A stretch of DNA of 64,000 nucleotides from Patescibacteria group bacterium (GCA_018970465.1 JAGWWI010000002.1:4517-68516); one strand, 5' to 3'; shown: positions 27,364 to 36,495, numbered from the stretch's first letter. Made by a program: numbers and translations. The notes: a model not told the origin generated them from the letters alone.

Positions 27364-27828
27364 TTAAAACGGAATGTCTTCCGGATTGATCTCCTCGTCC
27401 GGATACTGGATCTCGCCCGCGTCCTCCTTGGGCGCGGCGGGAGCGCTCTCGCGCGCCGGCGCCGCCTGGTAGCCGCCACCTTCCCCGCCGCGCCCCTGGC
27501 CGCCGTCGCCGAACTGGAAGTTGTCGACGACGATCTCGGTGCGATAGTTCTTCTTGCCCGTCTCCTTGTCGTCCCACGAGCGCGTCTGGATGCGCCCTTC
27601 GACGAAGAGCGGGCGGCCCTTCTTCATATACTGCGCAATCAATTCCGCCGAGCGGCCGAAGGCGACGCAGTTGTGGAACTCGGTCGCCTCCTGCTTGGCG
27701 CCGTCGCGGTCCTTGTAGACGCGATTCGTCGCGATCGAGAACGAGGCGACCTGGCCGCCCGAGGGCAAGGCGCGCATCTCCGGATCGCGCGTCAGGTTGC
27801 CGTAGAGGAAGGCTTTGTTGAGGTACAT
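27364..27828 (-). CDS. ssb: Single-stranded DNA-binding protein
   Basis: OB-fold N-terminus 'MYLNKAFLYGNLTRDPEMRALPSGGQVASFSIATNRVYKDRDG', a Gly-rich tail and the C-terminal 'EDIPF'. Confidence 0.95.
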   Translation of the reverse strand: MYLNKAFLYGNLTRDPEMRALPSGGQVASFSIATNRVYKDRDGAKQEATEFHNCVAFGRSAELIAQYMKKGRPLFVEGRIQTRSWDDKETGKKNYRTEIVVDNFQFGDGGQGRGGEGGGYQAAPARESAPAAPKEDAGEIQYPDEEINPEDIPF

Positions 27829-27834
27829 GATCGG

Positions 27835-28314
27835 TTAGATCGTCGCGTTCTCGAGCGCAGCGTCAAGCGCAGCGTCGTCGGCAGCCTCGGTCTGGCCCTC
27901 CGGCGCCTCGACCTTCTCCGCGAGCGCGGCGCGCTCGGCTGCTGCCTGCGCGGCGGCCTTCTCGGTCGCGAGGTCGATGAAGCGGATCACGCGCGCGTCG
28001 CCCCGCATCGCGGCGACGATCTCCTCGTGCGCCTCCGCCGAAGCCTCGTATGCGATCCAAGCGAAGTAGGCGGAGTCGAAGTCGCGCCGCCCGGCGGTCT
28101 CCTGCCGCGAGATAGTGTAGGCAAGCGGGATCTTCTGAGGCTCGCCCTCGGCGACCACCTCGCCCTGCTTGGTGACCAGGGCCCGGATCTCGTTATATGC
28201 CTTCTTCGCCTCCTCGACCCCGAGCTCCGGATCGAGGTGGGAGCCGAGCTCGTAGATGCGGGCCTCGCCCGCCTCCGTCTCGAGCCCCTCTTCTATCCCC
28301 TTCTTCTTAGCCAT
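27835..28314 (-). CDS. rpsF: 30S ribosomal protein S6 with an acidic C-terminal tail
   Basis: 'ARIYELGSHLDPELGVEEAKKAYNEIRALVTKQGEVVAEGEPQKIPLAYTI'. rpsF-ssb-rpsR synteny. Confidence 0.9.
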   Translation of the reverse strand: MAKKKGIEEGLETEAGEARIYELGSHLDPELGVEEAKKAYNEIRALVTKQGEVVAEGEPQKIPLAYTISRQETAGRRDFDSAYFAWIAYEASAEAHEEIVAAMRGDARVIRFIDLATEKAAAQAAAERAALAEKVEAPEGQTEAADDAALDAALENATI

Positions 28315-28352
28315 AGTAGCCCTACCCTAGCACTCGAGAGCCCCCCTCGCAA

Positions 28353-29201
28353 CTAGCCGCGCGGCGACGCGGCCAGCCCGAAGAGGCGCGTGGCGTTCGC
28401 GACCGTAGCTTGGCGGACGGTCTCGAGGGGCTCGTTGCGGATCTCGGCGAGCTTCGCGACGACGTCTTCGACGGCCAGAGGGTCGTTGCGCGCCCCGCGT
28501 CCGCGCGAGGTCGGCGGGACATAGGGCGCGTCGGTCTCGGCGAGGAGGGACGCGAGCGGCGCGGCGCCGATGGCGGCGTCGTACTCGCGAGCGAAGGTGA
28601 CGACCGCCGTGTAGGAGACGGTCAAGCCGAGCGCGACCAAGGCGCGCATCTCCTCCTCGCCCCCGACGAAGAAGTGGATATCGCCGCGGAGGTTCGGATA
28701 CTGCTCCTTCTCCTCCGTGAGGATCGCGATGAGGTCGTGATATGCGTCGCGCGTCTTCTTCGACGGCCGCGCGTGGATGATCAAGGCCTTATCGAGCTCG
28801 GCGGCAAGCGCGATCTGGGAGCGCAGTAGGGTTTTCTGCTTCTCCTTCACCTCCTCGTTCACCTCTTCAGGACGAAAATAGTCCAAGCCGCACTCCCCTA
28901 TCGCAACGACCTTTCCGCCGGAGGCGGATCCGCCTCCGGCGGACGCGCTCGCGGCGAGCGCGCGATATGCCGCCGGGTCGAAGGCCTCCTCTGATTCATG
29001 ATTGGGGTGGAGACCGATCGCCGCGTAGAGATGCTCGTGGCGCTCGGCGAGCGCGACCGCCGCCTGCGAGCTCACGTAGTCGCAGCCGACGACCACCCCG
29101 GCGACCCCGCGCTCCTCCATCCGCGCAATCACCTCCTCGCGATCCTCAGCAAAGGCCGGGAACTGCAGGTGGCAGTGCGCGTCGAAATACTTGGTCGTCA
29201 T
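28353..29201 (-). CDS. tatD: TatD-family metal-dependent hydrolase/DNase carrying a GGGSASGG insert
   Basis: 'KYFDAHCHLQF', 'IGLHPNH', 'VVAIGECGLDYF', 'LIIHAR', 'GDIHFFVGG', 'LLAETDAPYVPP'. Confidence 0.85.
   Translation of the reverse strand: MTTKYFDAHCHLQFPAFAEDREEVIARMEERGVAGVVVGCDYVSSQAAVALAERHEHLYAAIGLHPNHESEEAFDPAAYRALAASASAGGGSASGGKVVAIGECGLDYFRPEEVNEEVKEKQKTLLRSQIALAAELDKALIIHARPSKKTRDAYHDLIAILTEEKEQYPNLRGDIHFFVGGEEEMRALVALGLTVSYTAVVTFAREYDAAIGAAPLASLLAETDAPYVPPTSRGRGARNDPLAVEDVVAKLAEIRNEPLETVRQATVANATRLFGLAASPRG
28915..28942. repeat. 28-bp perfect palindrome ccgccggaggcggatccgcctccggcgg (copy 1, inside tatD)
   Basis: Self-complementary and centred on GGATCC. Translated in frame (minus) as GGGSASGG within TatD. 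Confidence 0.9.
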
Positions 29202-29740
29202 ACTGACGCGAGCTGGTCGAAGCGCGCTTTCTTGAAGCGATAGAAACCGATTGTTCTGATCGAGCCGTCGGCGAGCGTAACGAGCATGGTGTCGACGCGA
29301 TCGAACAATACCGGAGGGAAGTCACGATGGTTCTGTGTGGCAAGGAACAGTTCTGCCACGGTTGATGCGGTCCGCGCATATTTGCTCAACTGCGCAGCGA
29401 TCAACGTATCTGCAACGCTTGAACTCTTATTGTCTGCATTCAGATATATGCGGGCGATTGTAAGCGCCCGATCAAAAATGTCCTTATCGGGAGCAAGAAC
29501 GAGATGGTCCGTGCCGCACAATGCCGTGAGGAACTCCTCTGCCGCCCGAAGCTCTTCCGGACCGCGCTTCAGACCACGAAGAAATTCGAGCCGAATGGTA
29601 CTCTCAATAACCGGAACGATTTCGAGCCGCCGTAATTCCGCATAGAGCACACTAAACTCTTCAGGGAACTTGGACGAATCGATGAGAACGTTCGTATCGA
29701 GTAATACAAAGCTATGCTCTGGTATCGACAGGCGCTCCAT
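29198..29740 (-). CDS. PIN-domain ribonuclease (VapC-like toxin)
   Basis: 'MERLSIPEHSFVLLDTNVLIDSS...ADTLIAAQL...LATQNHRDF', with acidic residues at PIN positions. ORF track start 29794 is a non-ATG codon; the ATG at 29740 is preferred. Region of lower G+C. Confidence 0.75.
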   Translation of the reverse strand: MERLSIPEHSFVLLDTNVLIDSSKFPEEFSVLYAELRRLEIVPVIESTIRLEFLRGLKRGPEELRAAEEFLTALCGTDHLVLAPDKDIFDRALTIARIYLNADNKSSSVADTLIAAQLSKYARTASTVAELFLATQNHRDFPPVLFDRVDTMLVTLADGSIRTIGFYRFKKARFDQLASV

Positions 29741-29849
29741 TGACTCTCTCGTCGCGCTCGCGTTCCCGAATGCCTTCGCCAACTCGTTTTGCAAGCGCGA
29801 TTATTCGCTCGTTCCACGAGTAGGTTGATTTGGCTGCGTGAGTGCTCAT
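29712..29849 (-). CDS. Candidate small antitoxin upstream of, and overlapping, the PIN gene
   Basis: 45-aa ORF 'MSTHAAKSTYSWNERIIALAKRVGEGIRERERDERVNGAPVDTRA', below the ORF-track cutoff. A TATACT is about 10 nt upstream. No family recognised. Confidence 0.3.
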   Translation of the reverse strand: MSTHAAKSTYSWNERIIALAKRVGEGIRERERDERVNGAPVDTRA

Positions 29850-29897
29850 CGCCACTAGTATAGCATCCGGGCGCACCTGACTCCTCTCTAGTACTCC

Positions 29898-31340
29898 TTA
29901 GGACAAGCGCGGGAAGAGGTTCTCCGGCTTCTTGTTGTGGCGCACCGCGGCGGCGATCGCGGCGGCGGTGCGGGGCATCGCGGGCGCGAGGTGCGCGGCG
30001 ATTGCGGCGAGCCGGCGCACCAGGCCCTCGATCTCGCCCCGTGCCTCCTCGCGCTCGACCGTATCGCCGCTCTTGATGCCGGCGTACGGCTTCTTGCGCG
30101 TCATGCGCCCGTCGCCCTTCCCGACGAGGTCGAAGACGAAATCGAGCGCCTCGTTGAACCTGAACGCGTCGACGGCCGCAGCGAACTCCGGCGCAATCGC
30201 CGTGTCCTCCTCCGTGAGCTCGACCGGGTGCGCGAGGTGCTCCTCGGCGAGCTTCATCACGCGCGCGACGAGGTTGCCGAGCCCGTTCACGAGGTGCGCG
30301 GTGTAGTACTCGCGGATCGTCTCGTCGGTCAGGTCGCCGTCCTCGGTCGGGCTCACGTGCCGGAGGAGGACGTAGCGCAGAGCGTCGACGCCGTAGCGGC
30401 CGATGACGTCGAACGGGTTGATCACGTTGCCGGTCGACTTGCTCATCTTCTGCCCGCCCGAGGTGATGAAGCCGTGATAGAAGACCTGATCGGTCGTCTT
30501 CACTCCGGCCGACATAAGCATCGCCTGCCACATGAGCGACTGGAAGCGCACCTGATCCTTCCCCGCGACCTGGAGCGTCCGCCCCTCGTCCCAGAATTTC
30601 TTGAAGCGACCCTCTTCGTCGGCGGGCCAGCCCAAGGTCGAGATGTAGTTCGTCAGCGCGTCGAACCACACGTACATCACCTGCGTCTCGTCGTCCGGCA
30701 CCGGGATGCCCCAGGAGAGACGCGCAGCTTCGCGCGAAATGCTGAAGTCTTCGAGGCCCTTCTTCACGAACTTGATCGCCTCTTTGCGGCGCCAGTCGGG
30801 GACGATCGCATCCTTACGCTCGAGGTACGCCAGGAGCTGCGGCTCGTACTTCGAGAAGCGGAAGAAGTAATTCTCTTCAGACACCTCCTTGAGCTCGAGC
30901 GTCGGGTGGAGCTCGCAGCGCCCTTTGACAACCTCCTTGTCCGTCTTGAAGGCCTCGCAGCCGACGCAGTAGAGGCCGGTGTAGCGCTTCTTGTAGATAT
31001 CGCCCGCGGCGGCGCAGCGGCGCCACATCTCCCGCGCAGCTTCGACGTGGCCCGGATTCGTCGTGCGGATGAACGCGTCGTAGGAGAGGTCGAACTCGGC
31101 CTTGAGCTTCTCGAACTCGGCGGCGTAATGGTCGACGTAGTCCTCGACCGGGAGCCCGGCCTTCGCCGCAGCCTCGGCGATCTTCTGCCCGTGCTCGTCG
31201 GTGCCGGTGTTGAAGAAGACCTCCTCCCCCGCTAGGCGCCAGAAGCGCGCGAGGAAGTCCGCCTGCACGAATTCAAGCGCGTGGCCAATGTGGGGATCAG
31301 CGTTTACATACGGGAGAGTCGTTGTTAAATACCTAGCCAT
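29898..31340 (-). CDS. metG: Methionyl-tRNA synthetase
   Basis: 'YLTTTLPYVNADPHIGHALEFVQAD' (HIGH) and 'KMSKSTGNVINP' (KMSKS). The antisense and frame-shifted ORFs 29569..30669 and 29937..31235 were rejected. Confidence 0.95.
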   Translation of the reverse strand: MARYLTTTLPYVNADPHIGHALEFVQADFLARFWRLAGEEVFFNTGTDEHGQKIAEAAAKAGLPVEDYVDHYAAEFEKLKAEFDLSYDAFIRTTNPGHVEAAREMWRRCAAAGDIYKKRYTGLYCVGCEAFKTDKEVVKGRCELHPTLELKEVSEENYFFRFSKYEPQLLAYLERKDAIVPDWRRKEAIKFVKKGLEDFSISREAARLSWGIPVPDDETQVMYVWFDALTNYISTLGWPADEEGRFKKFWDEGRTLQVAGKDQVRFQSLMWQAMLMSAGVKTTDQVFYHGFITSGGQKMSKSTGNVINPFDVIGRYGVDALRYVLLRHVSPTEDGDLTDETIREYYTAHLVNGLGNLVARVMKLAEEHLAHPVELTEEDTAIAPEFAAAVDAFRFNEALDFVFDLVGKGDGRMTRKKPYAGIKSGDTVEREEARGEIEGLVRRLAAIAAHLAPAMPRTAAAIAAAVRHNKKPENLFPRLS

Positions 31341-31405
31341 CCCTTGAATATAAGGCAAAAGCCCGGCGTACGCCACCGGGCTTTAATCTTGTAGCTTATG
31401 AGTCG

Positions 31406-31975
31406 TTATACCTTTTCGAACTGAACGCGTGATGAATTGTACTTGACGACGCTGCCGACACTGAATGCGGCAGCTCGCAACGCAACCTCTTCCGCTAGAG
31501 AAAGATGCTTGGCGGCAGGATCAGAACCGCAGCTGTCGTGCCGATCGCAAAGGTCGGATGTGAAATCCAGGCCTTGCTGAACAGAAAAGTCGGCACTTGA
31601 AAATGGGTCGCTGTTATCGGCTCCGAAGCACATATGTAGCCGAAGGGGCTTCCTGTTATAGGCAATTGGATTGCCATGCGGACAAAGGGCCTCAATTTCC
31701 GTCGAGACCGACTGGCAGAAGGTCCCGCGCTGCATCCCGCCGAACTTTCTCTCGTCCATCTGGATCTCACCCCAGTTGAGGTTGTGCCTGCGCACCACCC
31801 TGCCGAGGAGAGTCCCGCGTAAATGCCTGAGATCCATATGTTCATGAATATGAACACGGCCACAGACATAGCAGTACGCATTTGCATTTTCAAGTCTGCC
31901 GACTTGAAAGTCACAGCAACGGGAAAGAACACGATCTAACATGGGAGGTCTTCCTTTTCTAGTGACGTCCGTCAC
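31406..31975 (-). CDS. Hypothetical protein with HNH-nuclease-like Cys/His spacing
   Basis: 'CYVCGRVHIHEHMDLRH...RRHNLNWGE...EALCPHGN' resembles C-x2-C...H-x-H...N...LC-x-H of HNH folds. G+C is lower than the flanks. Confidence 0.45.
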   Translation of the reverse strand: MTDVTRKGRPPMLDRVLSRCCDFQVGRLENANAYCYVCGRVHIHEHMDLRHLRGTLLGRVVRRHNLNWGEIQMDERKFGGMQRGTFCQSVSTEIEALCPHGNPIAYNRKPLRLHMCFGADNSDPFSSADFSVQQGLDFTSDLCDRHDSCGSDPAAKHLSLAEEVALRAAAFSVGSVVKYNSSRVQFEKV

Positions 31976-32037
31976 TAATATAACACATTCCTTTCACTTT
32001 TCAGCAACGGCCGAAACTCGCTTTCCTGACAGTACGA

Positions 32038-33096
32038 CTACTTATATATATTCTTATGCTCGCGGCGCTTGCGCACGCCGTAGTCGGAGAGGAACTCCAA
32101 GGCCGCCGCAGCGACCGGCACCGAGAGGAGGACGCCGAGGAAGCCGGCCAAGGTCCACCCGGCGATAAGCGCGACGATGACGAGGAGGGGCGGGATGCCA
32201 ACGACCTTCTTCACGATCAGCGGGTAGATGAGGTTCGCTTCGAACTGGTTCACCACCACGTAGAGCCCGGCGACGATGAGGGCGAGCGGGAAGCCGCCCG
32301 CCGTGTAGGCGACCGCGGCCGCCGCCCCGCCCGCCATCAAGGAGCCGAAGATCGGGATGATCTCCGCGAAGGCGGTAAAGACGGCGAGCAAGAGCGCGTA
32401 CGGGATCGAGAGGATCAGGAGCCCGAGGTAGACGAGGACGCCGACGATGACCGAGAGGAGGATCTGCCCCTGCATCCACCTGCCGATCTTCCGCTGCGAG
32501 CGGCGCCAGAGGTCGACGGCGTACTCCTCGTAGGCCGCGGGGATGACGAGCCGAAGGAAGTCATCGACGCCCGTGTCGGAGAGCGCGAAGTAGAAGGAGA
32601 GCACCACGACCAGGATGAGCGAGAAGATGCCGCCGAAGAACGTCGCGACAAGGTCGACGACGCCCGAGCCGTTCGCGGTGAGCGCGCTCTGCAGCACCGC
32701 GAGCGAGGAGAGCAGGCTCTCAGCCTCGTGCGAGCCGCCGAGGAGGTTCGAGGCCTGCGCGAGGCCTGCGGAGGGCACCTGGAGCGTATTGAGATACTGC
32801 GGCACCTCGGAGAGGAAGCCCGCGGCGTCCGCGAGGATGGGCGGGAAGAAGAAGTACACGAGCGCGAAGGCCGACCCGAGCACGATGACGTACATGAGGA
32901 GGGTCGCGAAGAAGCGCGGCAGCCGGTAGCGGACGAAGAACGCAATCCCCGGCTCGATCGCCGAGGAGATCACGATCGCGGTGAGGACGAGGAGCGCGAG
33001 GTCGCGCAGCACCCAGAGGAGGTAGGCACCAAGGAGGATGAGGAGCGTCGTGACGACGCTCCCGGGGCTGATCGCGATCCGGCGCTCCGCGGGCAT
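32038..33096 (-). CDS. AI-2E family (PerM/YhhT, UPF0118) membrane transporter
   Basis: 352 aa, about 8 TM helices. 'LVLTAIVISSAIEPGIAFFVRYRLPR...' and the overall hydropathy pattern of the family. Confidence 0.75.
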   Translation of the reverse strand: MPAERRIAISPGSVVTTLLILLGAYLLWVLRDLALLVLTAIVISSAIEPGIAFFVRYRLPRFFATLLMYVIVLGSAFALVYFFFPPILADAAGFLSEVPQYLNTLQVPSAGLAQASNLLGGSHEAESLLSSLAVLQSALTANGSGVVDLVATFFGGIFSLILVVVLSFYFALSDTGVDDFLRLVIPAAYEEYAVDLWRRSQRKIGRWMQGQILLSVIVGVLVYLGLLILSIPYALLLAVFTAFAEIIPIFGSLMAGGAAAAVAYTAGGFPLALIVAGLYVVVNQFEANLIYPLIVKKVVGIPPLLVIVALIAGWTLAGFLGVLLSVPVAAAALEFLSDYGVRKRREHKNIYK

Positions 33097-33139
33097 GGGC
33101 GCATGCTAGCACGCTCCGCGCGAAGAGCGGAATCGGCCG

Positions 33140-34558
33140 TCAGGCGATCTTCTCCCTGAGGAGCGCGGGCAACTCCGCGAGTGCGACGCGCTCCTGCTCG
33201 CCCGAGTCGCGGTGGCGGAGCGTGACGGTATCAGCCAATTCCGGCTTCTCGCCGAGCGTGTTGAAGTCGATCGTGATGCAATAGGGCGTGCCGATCTCGT
33301 CCTGCCGGCGGTAGCGCTTGCCGATGTTGCCGTTGTCGTCGAAGGCTATGGCCGGGTGCACCTCACGCCGCAGGAGCGCGCGCACCTCCTTCGCCTTCGC
33401 GACTAACTCCGGCTTGTTCTTCAGGAGGGGCGAGACCATCGCCTTGACCGGGGCGAGCTTGGCCGGCAGCCGCAAGACGACGCGCGCCTCGCCCTTGCCC
33501 TGCGTAGCTTCAGCGGAGGAGGGGCCGAGGTCGTCCTCGGCGTAGGCCTTCGCGAGTACCGCAAGGAGGTGGCGCCCGAGGCCGAAGGTCGGCTCGATCG
33601 CGTGCGGCACGAATTTCTCATTCGACTCGGGGTCGAGGTAGCGCAAGTCGGCGCCCGACGCCTCGATGTGATTCTTGAGGTCGAAGTCGGTGCGATACGC
33701 AAGGCCGGCGATCTCGTCGAACTTGTGCGGGTATTTGAAATGGAAGTCGACTGTGCGCTTGGAGTAGTGCGCGCGCTCGCCGTCGGGGATTTCGACCTCG
33801 CGGATATCGCCCTGGTCGAAGCCGAGCGCCGAGAACCACGCGCGCATCTGCCCGACCCAGTACTCGAATTGTTGGCTCCAGGCGCGCTCCGGCACGAAGT
33901 ATTCGAACTCCATGATCTCAAGTTCGCGCACGCGGAAGATGAAGTCGCGCGGCGCAATCTCGTTGCGGAAGCTCCGCCCCACCTGCGCGATGCCGAACGG
34001 GAGCTTCGGGTGGTAGGTGTCGAGAATGTTCTTGAAGTTGACGAACATGCCCTGCGCGGTCTCCGGCCGCAGGTAGACGGTCGTGTCGGAGCCGTCCACC
34101 GAGCCGACGGAGGTCTTGAACATCATATTGAACTGCTGCGGGCTCGTGAGATCGTTCCCTTCCGGGCTCTTGATCCCCTTCTCGAGGATCACCTCGCCCA
34201 TCATCGCGAGCGACATGCCGGTCGGGTCGACCCCGGCGTCTTCGAGCAGATGGTCGGCGCGATAGCGCTTCTTCGTCTTCACGTCCGTGACCAGGGGGTC
34301 GTGGAAGCCGCCGACATGCCCGGACGCCTCCCAGACCTTCGGGTTCATGAGGAGCGCCGTGTCGACGCCGTACATGTCATCGCGCTCGTCGACGAACAGG
34401 CGCCACCAGAGGTTCTCGATATTCTTCTTGAGCGCGAGGCCCAAGGGGCCGTAGTCGTAGGTGCCCGCGAGGCCGCCGTAGATCTCGGAGCCGGGGTAGA
34501 TGAACCCGCGCCGTTTCGCGAGCGAGACGATCTTCTCCATCTGCGAGGCGTCGGCCAT
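33140..34558 (-). CDS. glyQS: Glycyl-tRNA synthetase, alpha2 (class II, eukaryote/archaeal-like) type
   Basis: 'KRRGFIYPGSEIYGGLAGTYDYGPLG', 'FRNEIAPRDFIFRVRELEIMEFEYF', and a C-terminal anticodon-binding domain. Confidence 0.9.
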   Translation of the reverse strand: MADASQMEKIVSLAKRRGFIYPGSEIYGGLAGTYDYGPLGLALKKNIENLWWRLFVDERDDMYGVDTALLMNPKVWEASGHVGGFHDPLVTDVKTKKRYRADHLLEDAGVDPTGMSLAMMGEVILEKGIKSPEGNDLTSPQQFNMMFKTSVGSVDGSDTTVYLRPETAQGMFVNFKNILDTYHPKLPFGIAQVGRSFRNEIAPRDFIFRVRELEIMEFEYFVPERAWSQQFEYWVGQMRAWFSALGFDQGDIREVEIPDGERAHYSKRTVDFHFKYPHKFDEIAGLAYRTDFDLKNHIEASGADLRYLDPESNEKFVPHAIEPTFGLGRHLLAVLAKAYAEDDLGPSSAEATQGKGEARVVLRLPAKLAPVKAMVSPLLKNKPELVAKAKEVRALLRREVHPAIAFDDNGNIGKRYRRQDEIGTPYCITIDFNTLGEKPELADTVTLRHRDSGEQERVALAELPALLREKIA

Positions 34559-34587
34559 GGTGCCTTCAAGCTACACGAGCGCGGCGA

Positions 34588-36477
34588 TTATTGCACTTCG
34601 GCCTTCGCGGGGTTGTAGCCCGGGTCGCCCGGCGTCTCGGTCGTGACCGCGTCGGCCGAGGCGGAGATGTTCACCCCCGCGAAGCGGTCGAACGCCGTGA
34701 AGGACGCGGGCCCCACCAAGGCCGGTGACGCCCCGCGCTGCGAGGTCGAGGGCGTGAAGGAGACCTGGAAGTAGCCCGTCGCGGCGCTCCCGGCGGCGAG
34801 GTCGCCCGCGGTCCAGGTGACGACGCGCGACTGCGGGTCGTAGGAGAAGCTGCCCTGCCCCGAGGTCTTGCCGGTGTAGTCGACATACGCGGGCAGGGTC
34901 GCGGTCACTGCCGCGCCCGCGACCGCACCGCCGCCGTCCGCGGCAGTCCACTGGATGGTGTAGGTGGTCGGCGCGCCGGCTGAGGGCGGGATGGGGCCTG
35001 TGTTCGCGAAGGGCCCGGCGGCGTGCAGGGCCGAGACCGAGAGCTCGACCGCGGTCGCGGCCTTGATCGTATCGGTCTTCGACGCGGCGACGCTCACGGC
35101 CGCGTTGTTGTCGCCCGGGACGCTGCCTGCGACCGAGGTCGTGAAGGTGACAGAGGGCGCGCGGCCGAAGGAGGAAGCTGGTACCGTCGAGAAGACGAAG
35201 GAGCCGACGCCCGAGGCGCCGGGCGCCAAGGTCGCGAGCGCCACGTCCTGATCCTTGCTGAAGGTGATCGTGTGGGTCGAGGAGTCGTAGAAGCCATTCG
35301 TCGCCCGGATCGAGGAGTAGTCGACTGCGCCGCCCGAGACCTCGACCGAGATGGTCGCGTCGTTCACCTGCGTCGAAAGCGTGTTGGTATACGAGACGGT
35401 GACGTTCTCGGTCGAGGCGGGCGCGAGGGTTGCCGAGGAGACGGGCGCGCCATTCAGAGCGAGATCCGTCTCGAGGAAGGGCGCGGTGATCGCGACCGTC
35501 GCGTCCTGCGTCATGTAGGAGACGCCGAGGCCGCCGCCCTGGCTCGCCGTCCCGATCGAGAAGTGGAACGCCTCGCTCTGCCCGTTCTGCCCGTCGAGGG
35601 TGCCCGTGAGGGTAACCGTTTTCGCGTCCCCCGGCGCCAAGGTCCCGAGCGGGATGTCGGTGCCCTGCGCGGGGAGCGAGGAGGAGGTCAGCTTGAAGCC
35701 GAAGGGGAACGCTCCCTCGACGACGACGTTATCGAGCGGCACCGTCGCGTTCGAGCGCGCCTCGAGCGTAATCGTGAACGGCTTGCCCGCAGTCGTTTGC
35801 GCGATCGTATCGACCGAGATCGAGAGCGGCGTCGAGGAGACCTTGAGCGGATATGAATATTTCTTGACGAAGGTCGAGTTCGAGCCCTTCGTGCCGTAGG
35901 AGAGCGCGATGGGGATCGCGAGCGTGTCGCCCGCGGAGCCGAAGACGACCGCCTTCACCGCGCTCGTCACCGTCTCGCCGCTCTTGATCGTGCCGAGCGC
36001 GTCATTATAGGCGACGAACGGGCTCGAGACGTCCGTCGCCGAACGGGTGCCGGGCGGGAAGTCCGCTTCGAGCGTGGCGTTCTCGAGGTCGACCGGGTTG
36101 CGGTTCGTGACCGCGATCGTCAAGGGGACGGTGTCCCCCGCCGCGATCGTCGTCGGGCCCTCGACCTGGATCGTGATGTTGTCGACCGAGACGCTGTCCC
36201 CGCCGAAGTAGATAAGGTACGCGGCAAGCACGAGCGCGAGGCCGAAGAAGGTAATCGCGCCGATGAAGAAGTAGGTTGCGAGCTTCACGTGGCGCTCGGT
36301 GACCGTTGGCGGCGCGACCGACGCGAGCGGCTTCGCCACCCCGGCCCACGCGTGCGGGAGGCGGCGCACGGCGGCTGCGAAGCGCGACGGCTTCGCGGCT
36401 GCGGGCGGCGCGGCCGCGTAGAGGCGCTCGCGCTCCTCTTCGAGCGCGCTCTTCTCTCCGTCGCTTGTGGGCGGCAT
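34588..36477 (-). CDS. Large membrane-anchored surface protein with repeated beta-sandwich (CARDB/DUF11-like) modules
   Basis: 629 aa. TM anchor 'YFFIGAITFFGLALVLAAYLIYF', then repeats such as 'ITIQVEGPTTIAAGDTVPLTIAVTNRNPVDLENATL'. Confidence 0.7.
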   Translation of the reverse strand: MPPTSDGEKSALEEERERLYAAAPPAAAKPSRFAAAVRRLPHAWAGVAKPLASVAPPTVTERHVKLATYFFIGAITFFGLALVLAAYLIYFGGDSVSVDNITIQVEGPTTIAAGDTVPLTIAVTNRNPVDLENATLEADFPPGTRSATDVSSPFVAYNDALGTIKSGETVTSAVKAVVFGSAGDTLAIPIALSYGTKGSNSTFVKKYSYPLKVSSTPLSISVDTIAQTTAGKPFTITLEARSNATVPLDNVVVEGAFPFGFKLTSSSLPAQGTDIPLGTLAPGDAKTVTLTGTLDGQNGQSEAFHFSIGTASQGGGLGVSYMTQDATVAITAPFLETDLALNGAPVSSATLAPASTENVTVSYTNTLSTQVNDATISVEVSGGAVDYSSIRATNGFYDSSTHTITFSKDQDVALATLAPGASGVGSFVFSTVPASSFGRAPSVTFTTSVAGSVPGDNNAAVSVAASKTDTIKAATAVELSVSALHAAGPFANTGPIPPSAGAPTTYTIQWTAADGGGAVAGAAVTATLPAYVDYTGKTSGQGSFSYDPQSRVVTWTAGDLAAGSAATGYFQVSFTPSTSQRGASPALVGPASFTAFDRFAGVNISASADAVTTETPGDPGYNPAKAEVQ

Positions 36478-36495
36478 GTCCGTAGTATACCGCCC

